The notes: generated from the letters alone by a model not told the origin. A stretch of DNA of 64,000 nt from Octopus sinensis (GCF_006345805.1 NC_042998.1:72478001-72542000), one strand, 5' to 3'. Counted from the first letter of the stretch, positions 13,570 to 28,968 are shown. Program-made: numbers and translations.

Positions 13570-14750
13570 AGTGGAAATCCCCTGGTAATGACGGGGTGCC
13601 AATTTTCTGAATCATCTCACCCCCATGCGCACACGAAAAGTGAGTTCAGTAATTCAATGAAATCACGAGAGATCATGTGAAAACACATGACTTACCTACC
13701 CTCGAAGAATAATGAAACCAAATCTCCCCAAAACACTCAGCTCATAACATGTCTATGTACCACGTATGAAATTTTAACGTCCATCCTAGTGGAGAAAGTA
13801 TACAAATTTATGGAAAAGAACGATATTATCTGCACTGAACAAAAGGGGTGCCGACGAAGCTCATATGGATGCAAAGACCAAATCTTAATCAGTCGTATGA
13901 TCCTTGAGAAATGTCATAACAAACGCACAAATCTCAGTTCTGTAAGGCATACCACATTTATTGATCTTGAAATCGTTGGATATCTTCAAAATTTCTCCTG
14001 TGATTTCAAACTTCCTCAAGTACAACATAGCAGTGTGGAATACGAATCTCCAACTATACCACTCTCACGGAGTACTGACCACAAAATCTGTTAACACAAC
14101 TGCGGCATTTTCCAAGGTGTGTCACTTTCACCCTTAATTTTCTGTATCACCCTATTACCCTTACAAGTTAACTTAACATAACAAGGTATGGATATAAAAT
14201 TGGCGACAAGAAAATAAGTCTTCTATTTTATATGGATGACTTAAATCTCTATGGCAAAAACGATAATGAGCTTGAGGGATTGCTACGTACTCTGAAAGCA
14301 TTCCTTGAGGACAATGGGATGGACGTTGGTCTTAAAAAACGTGCCAAGGACACTTTCCAAGAAGGGAAACTGAAGACGGTATATTTAGTGGAGTTATAGG
14401 TTGAGACGAACTTATAAATACCTTATAATAAATAAGGGCTCTGGCACTCGGCATGCAAGTATGAAAGAAAAGATCAGCAAGGAGTGTTACAGAAGAGTTC
14501 AAGCAGTATAAAATCCGAGTTAAATGCACGAAACAGCTATAAATTTCTTACAGTTTCAATTATGTTGAAGAGGAATTTGAGCGAAGTAAGGAAGATTGAC
14601 AAGAATATCCGTAAGCTGCTGACTTGAAAGAAGATGCACCACCCAAAGGCAGACACTGGGTCTTTACCTACCCAGAGCTTAAGGGAGTCCAGGCTTGATC
14701 AAGTTTGAAATCTCGTACAAAACCATCACAATAGGACTGGCAAAATATCT
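13570..14750 (+). mobile_element. Decayed non-LTR retrotransposon RT fragment, R4/Dong-like clade
   Basis: ITCLCTTYEILTSIL, EQKGCRRSSYGCKDQILI, GIFQGVSLSPLIFCI, LFYMDDLNLY and HPKAD..YLPRA motifs across frameshifts and stops. Confidence 0.8.
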
Positions 14751-14751
14751 T

Positions 14752-14817
14752 GAGAAGAAGAAGAAGAAGAAGAAGAAGAGAAGAAGAAGAAGAAGAGAAG
14801 AAGAAGAAGAAGAAGAA

Positions 14818-14849
<32 letters not shown>

Positions 14850-14873
14850 AGAAGAGGAAGTAGAAGAAGAAGA
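14752..14873. repeat. (GAA)n polypurine tract
   Basis: Direct reading. Confidence 0.95.
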
Positions 14874-16045
14874 ATTTCCCATATAGTCACAAGGCCCGAG
14901 ACAGCTATTCAATTACGGTAGTGATTTACTGGTAATTATATGATGAGAGGTAAAGTCGACACCGTTGGTATTTGAAATCAAAGCATAAAGCCGGAAAAAA
15001 GACGCTCAGAAAGTTGTCCGGTCTTGTAACGCTTCTGCCTTTGTACCATCTTACATAAAAGAAGTGAAATAGAAGCAGTTCCCAATATCCAGAAGCATCT
15101 GCTTCAAAATTGGATTTCACATTAAATATTACATAGAATGTACAAAGCGAAATTTTGTTTGTTGTGAACAAATCAACTTGACCTATAATTTCAGATTTTG
15201 GCACAAAACTTCATTTTGAAAGAAGGGAGTTATTCTTAAGACAAATATAAAAGATTGCCCTTCTATTTTTGATAATAATATAGGGTAAAATTAGAAATAA
15301 TTTTACCAAGTAGTCAGTAAGTAAAAAAAACCTTTTAGGTAAATTATACAAAATATTCTATAATTATATACATAATTATAATGAAGTTTCAGCTAAATGC
15401 CTCGCCACTTACTGAATTAGAAATAGACTCTGATGTATTTTATGCTACCATAAAATCCCCAATACAATAAAACACTTTCAATGTTGGCAAAAGAAAACTG
15501 ATGAATTAACATGACTACGGTCAATTACGGATGGGTTTCGAACTTAAAGTTAAACATACTTTTTTTTTTTAGATAGAAGGGTAGCATAGATCAAAGTTAA
15601 AAGAATAATAAGTAAACAGTTAGAGGTTTTTGATTTAATTAAAATACAACTTGACTGAGAGTCTGTTTATGCGTTTATAAAATACTGAAATACTTGTAAT
15701 TGAAACAAAAGAGAAAAGAACAGACAATAATTCAGATCCAGGCCTGCATTCGGAGCACTGAGCCTAGGATCAGGGTGTTGTGGGAAACGCGGAATGGTGT
15801 CTGAGGCTGAAGAAATATTCGATAGAGGAGCAGAAGCTGGTAAAGCTATGAGATGCAGAGGGGGGTTGGGGAGAGAAAGTGAGAAAGAAGAAGAAGGAAA
15901 GAGAGAAAGAGTGAGAATGAGTGAGAGATAGCAACAAGTTAAGATAAAATACTAGAGCGGTTTTCGTGCTAATCTTCGGAAAATACCGTCATTAATTTCA
16001 TTGCTGATAATGCCATTTTTATGTATTTGGAGTTTTCTATATTTA

Positions 16046-16751
16046 AAGGGTGCGGGGGTAAATTGTCGCCACTATTTTTGATTTCAAGCACCATGACGCA
16101 ATTCACTCTGCCAGAAATTTGGGAACATGTTATACTGCTTGTTATTCGCCCTGGAAGCTCCAATATGAATATTTCAGAGTGTTTGCGTCTCAATCTGAGG
16201 ACAGTGCAATCTGAGAACCTTTACCGAGCGTGATACAAAGAAAACATACACTCAACATCATGGTGTTTGGAGGAATCACTAATGACACACTAACACGAAA
16301 GCCAACATCAAGTGCCTTGAGGGGTAATGCTGCCCTGGGTCACGATGGTGGCTGCTAGAAAACCCTATTTCAAACAACAGCACTCTGCACCATGCAGACT
16401 ATTTCTGCGACCACATCAACCCTTAATATCTGGGCACTCAACTTCCCACACTGCAAACGCCTTGATTATTATTTTAGGGCGCAGTTGAGCGAGAGACCAA
16501 CAAAAATCCTTGTAACACCAAAGATGAACAGAAGGCAATGATGATGGTAACATTCACCAACTTAAACAGGGAGACCTTCCATAAGAGCTACAGGGGATTC
16601 CGAAGTCGTCAGGAGTCTGGGACGATTTTCTTGAACAATTTTACTCTTTAGTATTTCAAGATATTTTTATGTAATTTTTTTATGTAATATGAGGTCAGTG
16701 CTATTTTCATTTTTTGCGTAATTTAGACGTCAGTTTATTCACCGCACCCGG
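16046..16751 (+). mobile_element. Internally deleted Tc1/mariner DNA transposon
   Basis: Diverged TIRs AAGGGTGCGGGGGTAAATTGTCGCC and GACGTCAGTTTATTCACCGCACCCGG, flanked by TA; remnants of IMVFG, QQxSAPC and IWxxNxPxCxxLDY (decayed WPPNSPDxNPLD) motifs. Confidence 0.8.
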
Positions 16752-19700
16752 TATATATGTTAAATAACATAAAGCAGTTGTCTACATTACATATATTTTG
16801 ATACAAATGAGTGGCGATAGTAGGTAAGGAACTACGTTATATAATTAAAATAAGTTAAAGTATGATTTTCCGATATTATGGTAAATCTAACTTCACAAAT
16901 AACTGAATAAAAAATCAGATACAATATTTTCGCAGTAGAGTTGCGTAATGAGGAAAATAAAATCACACCCGCTTGAATGATTCTGTAGTATTTTGTCTCC
17001 TTACGTTGAAAAGAGAATTCCAAACGCGTTCAACTATTTAAAATCTATAATGGTCATATTCTAATACAATATTTTCCTATTTTTTACTTTTTGTATTTCA
17101 TATATCAACTAGATTTCAAGCGTACCGTCTTAATATTGCTGCATTATTGCAGCCAAATTTCTATAATGTAGAAAATAATTTCTATAAAAATGCCATCCTA
17201 TTTCTATAACATAGCATTTTTAGCATGGCCCCTTAAATTACCATAGAAACCGGATTTTAATCGAAATGTATTTTTTGAGAAGTCTATCGCATATTTTCAA
17301 AAAAACAAAAGACACTGCCGAGTGAAAAAATACCATTGCGCTTTAATTCAAAATGTATTTTCAGCACAGCATTATATGAGTGGAATCTGGAAAATAACGT
17401 ATTCAACTGGCCTTCTAATATGTGGCATTTCATGCATGAAATATCTAGCTTTTGAGAGAATAATGAGACAAATGATAATGCAGTCAAGCGTATCAAATAT
17501 AATTATTGTTAAACATAATGATTTTCAGCAGCATACATGTTCGTCAAAGTATGGTTCCCTATTTAGTGGACAATTCAAATTTACTACAAAAACGCTCTTC
17601 CGTTCAGAGCAATTTTTTAAAGGGCTAATGGTTGATTTTTTATTTTATTTTCATGTATAGTACAGAAAATTATTTTTGTTTTTGGGTCGGCAAATAGTTT
17701 CCATAGAGTAAAATCATCAGAACATTGAAATTATGATGATGGATGGTACCACTTTTAAGATCCATAATGTGACCTATGGTACATGACGAAGTGAACAGCA
17801 GCACAGGGATTGACCGATTTTACGAGAATCTCTTTATGAAATGCTGATGATTTTCGGACATATATACGCATTACTGAATTATGTAAAACATGACAATAAA
17901 CACACTATTCGTTTTTAATAATATTAATTTTTGCATTCAGTATATGTATCTCTCTTCGTTTCAATCCCTATACTTCCTTTAAGAAAGACTAACATTAAAA
18001 ACACTAATTCTTTGGCATCTTACAAGCGTGAAATAAGACTATGTTATTAAAATTTGTTTAATCTGTATTGCTCAATTTATGCATTTTCTTTACACTACAC
18101 AAACACACAAACACATGGAAGCAAGCATACACACACACACACACACACTTAAACTCACACACAATCTTCTTGATTATTCTGCAATATATTTTGCACGTAC
18201 AGTTATATTTTTATTACATGCTTACATATATTTATGTGTGTGTGTGTAAATATATACAAACACAACTTTGTATTTATAAACATATGTGTATACGCAGTAT
18301 AGGCATGCCACTGCGCAGTATTTTGGTATTCTAAATTTGTTTGTCAGTTAATACCTTTTAAATTTCCAAAGCACAAAAAGCATATATTGAGAAATATAAT
18401 CTTCGATAAACTGTATCATATACTCACAATGCAAAATTTGATCGTAAATCCTGTAGACAGTAAATGACCTTGTTTGGAACAACATTAACAATATCAGCCA
18501 AACCGCATGTAAAATATCGATGCAAAAATTATCATTAACGTGATATGGCATTTCTTATCCGTTCTATTATCGTTCAATGAACGAAAATTTATTAAACAAT
18601 TATTGTGACACATTAAAATTGAAAACACGCTAAATCTGCAAATAATTAAAAACTCTATTAAAGAGAGATACTCATTCTACAATCAGTTGGAAAGAAGATT
18701 GTATTAAAATGCATCTAGAACACTGATTCTTTTAATTAATTTTTGGGGGCCGGGGGGATGCCTCGCTATATTCAATTATTATGTGTCGAGAACATTTTGA
18801 TAATTTATTTATAATAGAGCTGGCATGAATATTCTTTTTTGTGTAGAAATATTTCAATTTAGAAAGATATTAGTTTATGATTTTAAATCTCAGTTCTAGA
18901 ATCGTTGTCGAATGCATTCTTCATTTTGTTGTGAAAAATGTCCAGAATATAGTATCCAAAATCACTATTAAGTTTGCTTTGTTTTATTATTTTTATTGAT
19001 CTACAACTTCACTACACATGCACTAATAATTCCAATATCAGCTCTCCTCATTTTCATATAACATTAATGTGGTACTTTGATTTCACACAATAAGATTTTA
19101 ATTGTATATCAATTCAGCTCCATTTCGAAGTAAAAATGAAATGTATGAGTTTATTCAACCTCACTTATATATATATATATATATACATGTATATCTCATA
19201 TTCAACCTCACTTATATATATATATATACATGTATATCTCCTAGGCTCATAAATCGATGAGAACTAAAAATACATTGTTGGTTTGAAATATGATTGATTC
19301 AAGTAATGAATTTTAAAAGATAGTCCATGAGCTTAAGAATATTTTGTTTCCAATATTTTTAGAAATGAATTTCTATTGATTTATAAATGATTCTATTTGG
19401 CGAATTTTAGTTTACATGGTAATTACTTGACGCTAGCACATCAATTTAAATATAGTAATCATTACACTAAATATGCAAAGCAGTGCATACAAATCACAAT
19501 CGTCTGCCTACAAAACGATTGTTCTGCTGATGTCTAAAAGAATTTACTGAAAAAATGTTTTTCTAAAACAGTATTGTTATTATGAATGTTGAATGAGCTG
19601 TTGAAAATTTCAATTGCCATAAAAAGCTGATCTCAGTTCTCTTAGTTGGGAATATCTGAAGAATATTGCTAAGTTTTGGCTGGCCGTTTTACAAAGGGAT

Positions 19701-20188
19701 AGAAGGGATATCTCTAGGTTAGCTCTCATAATTTGTTTGTATTCATCTACGGTACTTCAGCAATTTTTATTGCATTTGATTTTGTTAATCATTGACAAAT
19801 CTCATTATTGTCAAAATATACACAGGCTAGTTTCCCTAAAGTAAAATTTATATTTACCATATTTTAAAGAATTGTCACATATACTCAATGAAGATAATGT
19901 AAGCATTTTATGACTACATATCTATCACATCTCTGTAGGTAATAGGTTTCTACTCGTTATAATGAATATATCTTCATTGTATAATCATGAAGTTTATTGT
20001 TTTTAATTAGTTATTTATTAGTAGACCGGGATTATTATATAGACATTATTCTGCTCTTAGCGTGTGACGTCATTATCCAGACTAACCTGCAGTAGCAGTT
20101 TTGTAAAATGTATTATTACTAAACGTTATTACAACATTGCTTTTCTCGAAATTATAAGAAGTTTGAGATTTTTATGGTAGAGGAGTGT

Positions 20189-20228
<40 letters not shown>

Positions 20229-21810
20229 CAACTAGTAAAGAAATCATATACGTGACTTAAATAGTGAGATAATATACAGTTTCACTACTGAAATCATCGT
20301 AGAAGGATCAATTGTTTATGTTCAAACATAGATTCTAATTCGGATTGAAATCAATGAACTGCCTAAAATTATATTAGGATATTATTCATTACATATAGTT
20401 GTAATAATAGTTCTCATATAAATTTATTTTATGACACTACATAGTAAATCCTGAACGATCTAATTCGGATTTAAAGGCAATTTAAGGATGTATGTAGATG
20501 AGCATTTATTGTTGGAACTATTGATTATTTCTTCATGGCTGCCTCAGGAACATTTCAATTAACTTTGTAACCGGACATGATTTTCATGATATTTTATCTA
20601 CAGACTTGCACTACACATTTATATATGCGCCAAAGTTTGAAAATCAAAATAAATGCAAATATAATTGGTCAGCTGCCCTGACAATTTCTCATCTAACACT
20701 CTTTAAACGTGCTCACAACACGTTTTCTCAGTCGTCACTATTTGTTATTTCCCTCATGCAATTTATCTCTCTACATTTATCTCCCCAGACGCGTATTCCT
20801 ATATACGCCATTGGAAACATGCTCTACAGTCTCCCACGCTTTGGGCATAAAACTAAATCACTTGGTTGCTTACAATATCCTCCAAATTTATACCCATATG
20901 TATTACAGGCAGTGGTTGTAATTAATTCTAAAATTAACCAATTGTTCATCGCCGTATTCATTACTCTTAAATTGGGTAGTATGGACTCCTATATTTCCGG
21001 TTCTGAAAACTAGGGACCGCTTTGATCGCAGTACTTAGGCTTGCTCGCTATCTCTTCAAAACTTTATCAACATTTCTTATAAACTACCTTCATATCCAAA
21101 TGATAATATATGTCGTCCCTTCTTGATATTCAGTTAAATATAAATTATCTAGTTAATTCTGTTTCTAGAACAGATATATAGAAATACTCTCCAACACGAA
21201 CGCAAGGTATGCTTTACACTCAACAGCCTAAAGATACAAATATTGCACGCAGCAAAGCAAATATCTAACCTGCCAATAAATCCATCAAGTAAACTAAATT
21301 TTAATCTTTAAAATTATTGATTATCTCTGCCCGCAATCTTGCTTCCGTTCTTTACTAAATCATTTTTTCCTCCAGGGGAAACGTACTGCGGCCTTAAATA
21401 GGTTCTTTCTATATACACAGTACGAAGCCTACAGTGGGATAATACTTCCACATATCGAACAGTAATATATTTATTATCAAGGTATGCTATGCTGCATCTG
21501 AGCTTAAACCATTCTACTCATTGTTAAGCACTTCCATTTACGCATATCACAATGGTTTTGCTTTACAGATGGGACTTCTCTTAGATTTTCAATTTTTACC
21601 TCAACTACAAAAGTATAGTGAGCTAATTAAAGAGCATTTCTATGCACACATACACACCAAACAATTCTATCATCCTCATTACAACCACTTTCAGTCCCTC
21701 TTTCCTAGAACACCAAACATGTATTGATCACACGAGGACTATGTTAAAATATCAAAAGCATAACTTCTGCTAAGTAATTCACTTCATTAAAAAACATATC
21801 TAAACATCTG

Positions 21811-22500
21811 GGTGCAGGCGTCAGTGTGCTGTAAGAAGTTTGCTTCCTAACTACATAGTTCTAAGTTCAGTCACGCAGCATAGCAAATTGTACAAATATC
21901 TTCTGTTATAGCCTGGGGCCGAACAAATTATTTGGAAGAGATTTGGTAGACGGAAACTGAAAAAAGCTTGGCATATATACATATATATATATATCATATT
22001 TAATAAACACTATACATTTTTAACATTTTTATGAGCTACTGATAGTTTCATACTATGTATAACACAGGTATTACGACACAGAAACATTTCAACGCATCTT
22101 TAATTATCAGTCATTATTGTTCCTATAACAAATCTGCTTGCTTACAACACCAGTTTACGCAAATGTTCTAAGTGAAATCTTACGTAATACTTGTGGTTTT
22201 AGACATTAAACTGGCCTTTCATGTTCATATTTACATCAAAGATGCGCTCTTATATTGGCGTGGTATATATATATATGTGTGTGTCTGTGTGTGTATGTAT
22301 GTATGAACATGCCTGCGCCTGTCTTTGTATCTGTGTTTGTTCTTCACCGCAGCCTCACGGGTGTTGGTCGTTTACGTCCCGTAACTTAGCGCTTCGGTAA
22401 CAGAAACCGACATACTAAGTACCAGGCTTAAGAAAATAAATATTTGGCTCGATTCATTCGACTAAAAATTATTAGCATGGCCGTTGTCTAATGACTGAAA
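21811..22500 (+). mobile_element. SINE family B, split copy (5' half 21811-21972, 3' half ~22283-22500)
   Basis: GATTTGGTAGACGGAAACTGAAA and TTTACGTCCCGTAACTTAGCG...TAAGTACCAGGCTTA match other family B copies; ~300 bp intervene at the internal microsatellite. Confidence 0.7.
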
Positions 22501-24564
22501 GGAGAACATGGTATGGCATTCCTTCGAATATCGTATGTATATTTAATAAATGCCTAATGCGAGAAACAGCTGTAAAGACTTAACCACATTTTTCCTTCTC
22601 CTATATGTAATGTCTAATATGAACTCTCCTGACAAATTCGTACCTGTCTATGAAGAACAGTCATATGTAGGACTACTCAGATCCTCTTCTTTATTTGTTG
22701 TTGCATTTAAGTATGAACTTCCAGGTTATCTACTTCTCTATGAATGAGTATGAAATATCACTATATTTATTCACTTGTTATATTAATTAATTACATTAAT
22801 AATGTGACTATTTCATAAATGCTTTGATACCATTGACAACTGCTTGTACATCTTTTCCTATATTATTCTTTCATTAGCTCGACTTGTACATTGTCTACAA
22901 CAAACTCTTGCTTTTCTGGATTCTGCCTCACTTCTTATAATGTTGGAGATTTAGGCATTTGTTCCATCCGAGCGTAATTGTCGATTATACCTTACAATAG
23001 ACACTTACACGCATAATTAACTACTATACGTTATTTTACAGATACACATTCACACACTGACACATGCACCCGCGAACACACGCACTCATATGATGCCGTA
23101 ATTTTTCATGGATTTAAAATACATGCCACATCGCCATATTATTTTTTCCGATTGAGTTTCACATTAAAATATAATTAATGTGAAATGCTCCGTGAATATA
23201 ACATGGATTTTGCGTGTCATTTGAGTTGTAATATATGCATGCCTATTAATAATCCTCCAGCGCAATGAAAAATAGATTTTATTTAAGAGCTCTTACATAT
23301 ATGAATGATATAAACATGCATTTAAATCATAAGCAATTCGTACACGATAAAAATATATCTGAGACATATTTCCTGATTGTTAGTCTAATATATCATATCA
23401 AAAATGAACTTTTCTAACATACACAACGACATCAACAGCTAACAATTTGCGTTTCCTTCGTTACTTACTTCGTATAAATGCACGCAAGAAGTAAAACAAC
23501 TCAAAATAAAAGTAACTGATGCATGTTATATGTATAATTAACGGAGTAATTACATAAATACTACAAAAAGCTGCAAGAAAGAAACTTAAACAGAGATACA
23601 TATCATGAAAACTGATTATACCATGCGACAGTCTTTCTAACATTTTAAAAACTAACTCAACATTTTCCGATTTGTGTGGCACTAGTAATTAATCAAAATA
23701 TCGCATGATAGTAGTACTTGCCATGATTTCCTTTGAAATAAACCAGCTCATTTTATTCTTGCTTGTGGCGTAGAATAACGGAAGCTGCAGAGAAATCAAC
23801 AGATTCCATAATGCATTGTCATATCTTTAATTTACGAACCGCTGTTTCTGATATTAAAGGATGTGCTGAAATAAATCATTTATAAAATCAGAAATGCAAT
23901 TCGTAATTGATCAATGGAAAATCGTGTGAGTGAGTGTGATTAACTGATAAAGAGAGAGGGGGCGAGAAAGAGGAGAGAAGGAGAGAGAATGCGACTGAGG
24001 AAGATAGGGACAGAGAGAAAATGAGAGAGAAAGGTGGGAGAAAGATAGATAGAGAAGGAAGAAAAGAGGGTTAGAAGGAAGGGGAAAAGAAGTGAGAGGG
24101 AATAATGGACCAATGCAGAGATGCAGAGATAATCTTTAAATGTGATAGAAGTTATCACTGGTAATTGCTATAAAGACACCAGCTAGAATCATACACCTGC
24201 TATTGCAAAGGAAGGAGCTATTATTTTGGGAACGGTATTGTGAATCACTTACATTATGCTGAATGATGCTCACATTGAATCCAAAACAACGGCGCTAAAG
24301 GGGAAAATGACGAATAATACATTGTTTCGAGAAAATGCGTAGCGGCCTGGATTATTTCTACAAATATGCATATATATATATATATATATATATCTTTCTC
24401 TCTATCTCTCTCTCATTATATATATATATATATATAAAGGTTTCACATTTTAACATAAATAGAGAATAACTTCATTCAAGGCGTTTACAGAAAAATGTAT
24501 AAATATTAATGAATATAGGCATTTTTTTCCATTTTTTCCCTTATTTTAAACCATGCGAAATTTG

Positions 24565-24716
24565 AGTGTGTGGTAGAAGGAGTTCTTCCAAAACAAAATG
24601 TTTCCAAGTTCAATCTTACTGTGTTACAACTTGGTTAGGTGACTTCTACTAAAGATTGAGGCCGATCAAAGCCTTGTACGTGGATTTGTTAGACGGGAAG
24701 TGAAAAACGCTTTTCG
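24565..24716 (+). mobile_element. SINE family B, diverged 5' half
   Basis: GGCCGATCAAAGCCTTGTACGTGGATTTGTTAGACGGGAAGTGAAA. Confidence 0.7.
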
Positions 24717-24904
24717 TGTAAAATATGAGTGTGTGGTCCATTTTCCTTTTGCGTTACCCATATCCGTCCCAGCAATACTGCATTTTAAATTGACTTTCTT
24801 GTCTGCAAAAGGCTAACACATTCGATGCTTCCAAATTCTCTGCATAAAATGTTCTCACAATCGAAAAGTTATTATTTTGCATTAATATTCACAGTAATTA
24901 GAGC

Positions 24905-25136
24905 GGCGAGCCGGCAGAACCTTTACCACGCCGGGAGAAATACTTAGCATTATTTCGTCTGCGGTGACCTTCAAAGTTCAAATTCCGGCGAGGTCGACTT
25001 TGCCTTTCATCCTTTCGGTGTTGATTAAACAAATACCAGTTACGCACTGTCGGTCAATGTAATCGATTTAATCCCTTTGTCTCTCCTTGTTTGTCCCCTC
25101 TATGTTTAGCCCCCTTTGGGCAATAAAGAAATAAAT
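24905..25136 (+). mobile_element. SINE family A, near full length
   Basis: Colinear with 10140-10364. Confidence 0.9.
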
Positions 25137-25277
25137 ATTGATAGTAATTGTTGCCAGAAGGCCCTTAGGTTAGTAGTAGAACACTGAGCCTGTATCTGAA
25201 AGTTACACTTGACAACTTCCGTATGCTAGAGTGTTAAATTACATAATTTCCATTTCCTGCTTCTCGTGTAATAATTG

Positions 25278-25350
<73 letters not shown>

Positions 25351-25458
25351 CACATTTAATTAGAGTGTGCATTAAAATACATTATGACTGTAAGTAAACT
25401 TTAAAATGTTGATAGATTGAGAGGTATTCGTTTAGTGTTATTATTTATCTTCAAATAA

Positions 25459-25630
25459 AGGTGGTGAGCTATGAGCGAAATGCTTAGCAGCATTTCGTAC
25501 TCCTTAAATTCTGTTTTCAAAGTCCGCCGATTTCCAATTTGCCTTACATTCTTTCGAGGTCGATAAAATATGTACTAATCGACTAGGACTCTCCCCAAAA
25601 TTCCAGGCCTTATGACTATAGTAGAAATGA
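25459..25630 (+). mobile_element. SINE family A-related, diverged copy
   Basis: GCGAAATGCTTAGCAGCATTTCGT ... TTTGCCTTACATTCTTTCGAGGTCGATAAAAT. Confidence 0.65.
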
Positions 25631-28600
25631 TTTACCAATATGTTTCACATTTTGCCAGTAAGAAACAAATGTACGTACTGCATACATAAGAAAAAAAGAT
25701 TATCTACGTCTTTTTGTCGGCTGCGTAGTATGTCATTTCTGCATCGATGAAATCTTCTGGTTCTTTCGAATTCAAAGCATAAACGTTAAGGAATAAAAAG
25801 TAACTGGCAGAAAGACAGCATAGAATATTACCCGCAAAATTGCTCTCAACTAATTAATATTGGAACGTAATTGTTGAAAAATAAGATGCCCTTTATTAAT
25901 TTTGTATTAACTGTTAATTAATTATCAGACGCTAATAAGTTTGATAATTAATTTTGTAATAGCAGATATTACTTCCCTGAAATGCACATTATTTCGTAGC
26001 AGGATATGATTGCCAGCGCCTTCTATTTGCATATTTTAATGAAAACAATAAAATAATAAACCAAACAGAGAAGATTAGTCTCCTATAAAGTGGCGATTAG
26101 AATTATCCAGGACATTTTCAACGAAAATAATCGGCAATTATAGAATTCATGTCTTTACAGTTCTTCACAATCTCCTTATATTTATTGGAACATTAAAATA
26201 TTACTGGCTTTAGTGTTCATTTAGCTAATCATATTTAATTGATTAATCCACTTAATAGTGAAAGGTAATGGGTTATTTTTATTTTACGGAAAATAGGAAA
26301 GAAAAATATACGACAAAAAAAAAATATGCTTGCTAAATGTCTTTTCTTTTGTCTCTGATTTTTGATTTTGTCATTTCCATTCACTGCTCAAACCAATCAA
26401 AAAGACTATGTGGCCGTTTACACTGCTTGAACGCTCAAAAGAACACAGCGTAATCTCAATGAAATCAAAATTTATCATATTGTTCTGAATTGCATGTGTG
26501 TATCTGTATGCATATATAGATATATCAATTACGGATATACATCTATATACCTGTCTATCTACCTATCTGTCTATCTATATACATGTATATGCATATATAT
26601 ATATAAAGAGAGAGAGAGAGAGCGAGAGAGAGAGAGAGAGAAAAACATACAGTGTACGTTTAAACACATAAGAGATGGCCATAATAGGATATCTGACTCA
26701 CTAGAAAGAGCAGTTAAACTCCAAACCACTAATAGTTGTAATTCTAAAAGGGAATGGGAAATAAAAACGTTTACCCTATCTTTCCTGGACTTTGCATAGT
26801 TTCGGTAATCTTTTGTAAATAAAATAAAATGATTTTAATTTACAATTGGCGATTCCATCTTCAGCACGAAGCCAAGGCTAACATATAGACACGAGGCGAT
26901 AAGACCATGCCCCGTGCTTATATGTTATAACTTTTCAAAATCCACCACGCACGCGCGGCTCTTTCGGCAGTAAATGCAATAAATAATATATATATATATA
27001 TATTCGTGTCAGTATGTACGTCTGAGTATGAATATAAGTGTGTTTGAATATATATAGTATATGCGTATATGTACATGTGCATATATTTCAATGTATATAT
27101 ATATTACTATTACTATCAATGGTACTACATGCCTCCTTAGAAGATGGAGAGGAAATTTTTAACTTTGGTTACCGGTCATTTAAATGACTGAAGTAAACAA
27201 GCTGTATAAATACGATGTGCAAAAGTGTTTCTAAACTTCTGAAAATATGATAGTCATTGCCAAATGCCTGATAGCTTGAAAACGGCTTCAAAATATGCCA
27301 TGTTTTACATCTTCGCAATAATTTTACAAAAAAATGTGTGATATATTTAAGGATCTTTACTGTTTGGTTGCCACATTTCAATTTGTTTTTCAATTTTTCT
27401 TCCAATTGATTTAGTATTTGATATGTTTATTTAGATTTGCATAGCAATCATTGACAGTAAATCCATTTTCGCAACAAATCAATACAAAAGTGATTAATAT
27501 CCTTTAAAGTTTGTAAATTTTACGTAATTTTAGTCAATCGAAAGCAACCTATTTCCATAGTAACAATCGAAGCTGTTATGGACCTGCTTACTCACGTGGT
27601 CATTTTTCGATCAATAAATGCGCTCCTATGATATTCGAAAAAGTATATAAATAGGCCTGAAATAGCGCGCCAAAATCTATTTTTTATTTTTGTATAATCG
27701 TATGAATTTCCCTGTGTAGAATAGAAATTCACAATTTTGGTTTTGAAAATTCCGCGCCGGCGTGGCTACGTGAAACCTTGGGCAAGTGTCTTCTACTATA
27801 GTGTAAACGTTCTGTTCAGCGTGCTGGGATTTAAGATTTTAAAAAAATGAAATACATAAAATGAAGCCACATTGCAAAAGAATAATTAAGAAAATGGAAT
27901 GAAAATATTAAACATCTCCTGCAGTAAAAGAGGCATTTGGATATTAGCCAAATCTGTATTTGGAAGATACGGAAATGTAATGTAAAGATTAACCAAGTGT
28001 TTTTCATGGGGAATAGAAATTACATGATTTTATAGGGTTTCCCTACAGAGAATACCTAAATTGATGATGCAAGATGAACACATACGATTATTGATTGAAT
28101 AAAGAACATACAGTATTCAATATCCATTATTTTGCAACCCCATTTGAGAATAAAGTGTTTATGAAAAGAGCTGAACAAATTGAAGAAGATTAGAGCCTAA
28201 TCGGTGAGACAAAGTGATTGTGTAAACATTGCCCCTGTATGTTGCTTCCTTCAGCCCAACGTACAAAATGATATGTGAAAGGCTTAAATATATTGGAAAT
28301 GGCACAAGTGTTATCGAAACACAGAAAGGTGCCGGCCCACGTTTGACAAGATTCTTTAGAAGGATTCATTAGATGTGAAGTGACTTGCTCACATAAAATT
28401 TATGAATTAATTGAATTAGCCTACAATTAAAACGCATGATAATTTAATCAGCATTTGCTAATTTTGAGATGATGTTGACGACGATGATGATGATATTCAT
28501 GAATGTATTTGAAGTCTAGCTAAGGTAGTGTAACTGGGCAGCGGAGTTGAATGGTTGGAGAAACACTAGTCTGAATTGCGTAGCAGTTAAGAATTTATAT

Positions 28601-28926
28601 TAGTGGAACTTGTGGAAAAGAATATTTAAGATAGGAATAAAAGAAAATAATAAGCTAACAAGACCAATAAACTGCATTAATATTCCTCGCACTTTCCTTT
28701 GCGTTATTGCTTTTATTGAAGTCATAAAGCAAAATATGACAACTATGGTCCTTTGTCACTTCCAGTATAGCTTTGCAAAAACAACTATTCACATCTTGCA
28801 TTAAGAACAACAACAAGGCAAAAATAGTATATCCCTTTGCAGCAAGCTGATGCAGGGGTTTTATACCGCTCCACTCTGATTTTAGCTCATCCAGTTGAAA
28901 AAGAACGCGCTACTTATGGGATGACC

Positions 28927-28968
<42 letters not shown>

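Noticed and set aside
14752-14873. (GAA)n as the target site of the R4/Dong-like element
   Set aside because: The element breaks off in mid-ORF here, so this is not its true 3' junction
18348-18551. Minus-strand ORF ending near a donor-like AAG|GTATTA
   Set aside because: No recognisable protein, acceptor site or neighbouring exons
20606-21730. Possible ancient LINE remnant or exon
   Set aside because: No diagnostic motif recoverable by eye
22615-22690. Possible minus-strand hammerhead remnant (..CGAATTTGTCAGG)
   Set aside because: Core too degenerate to support
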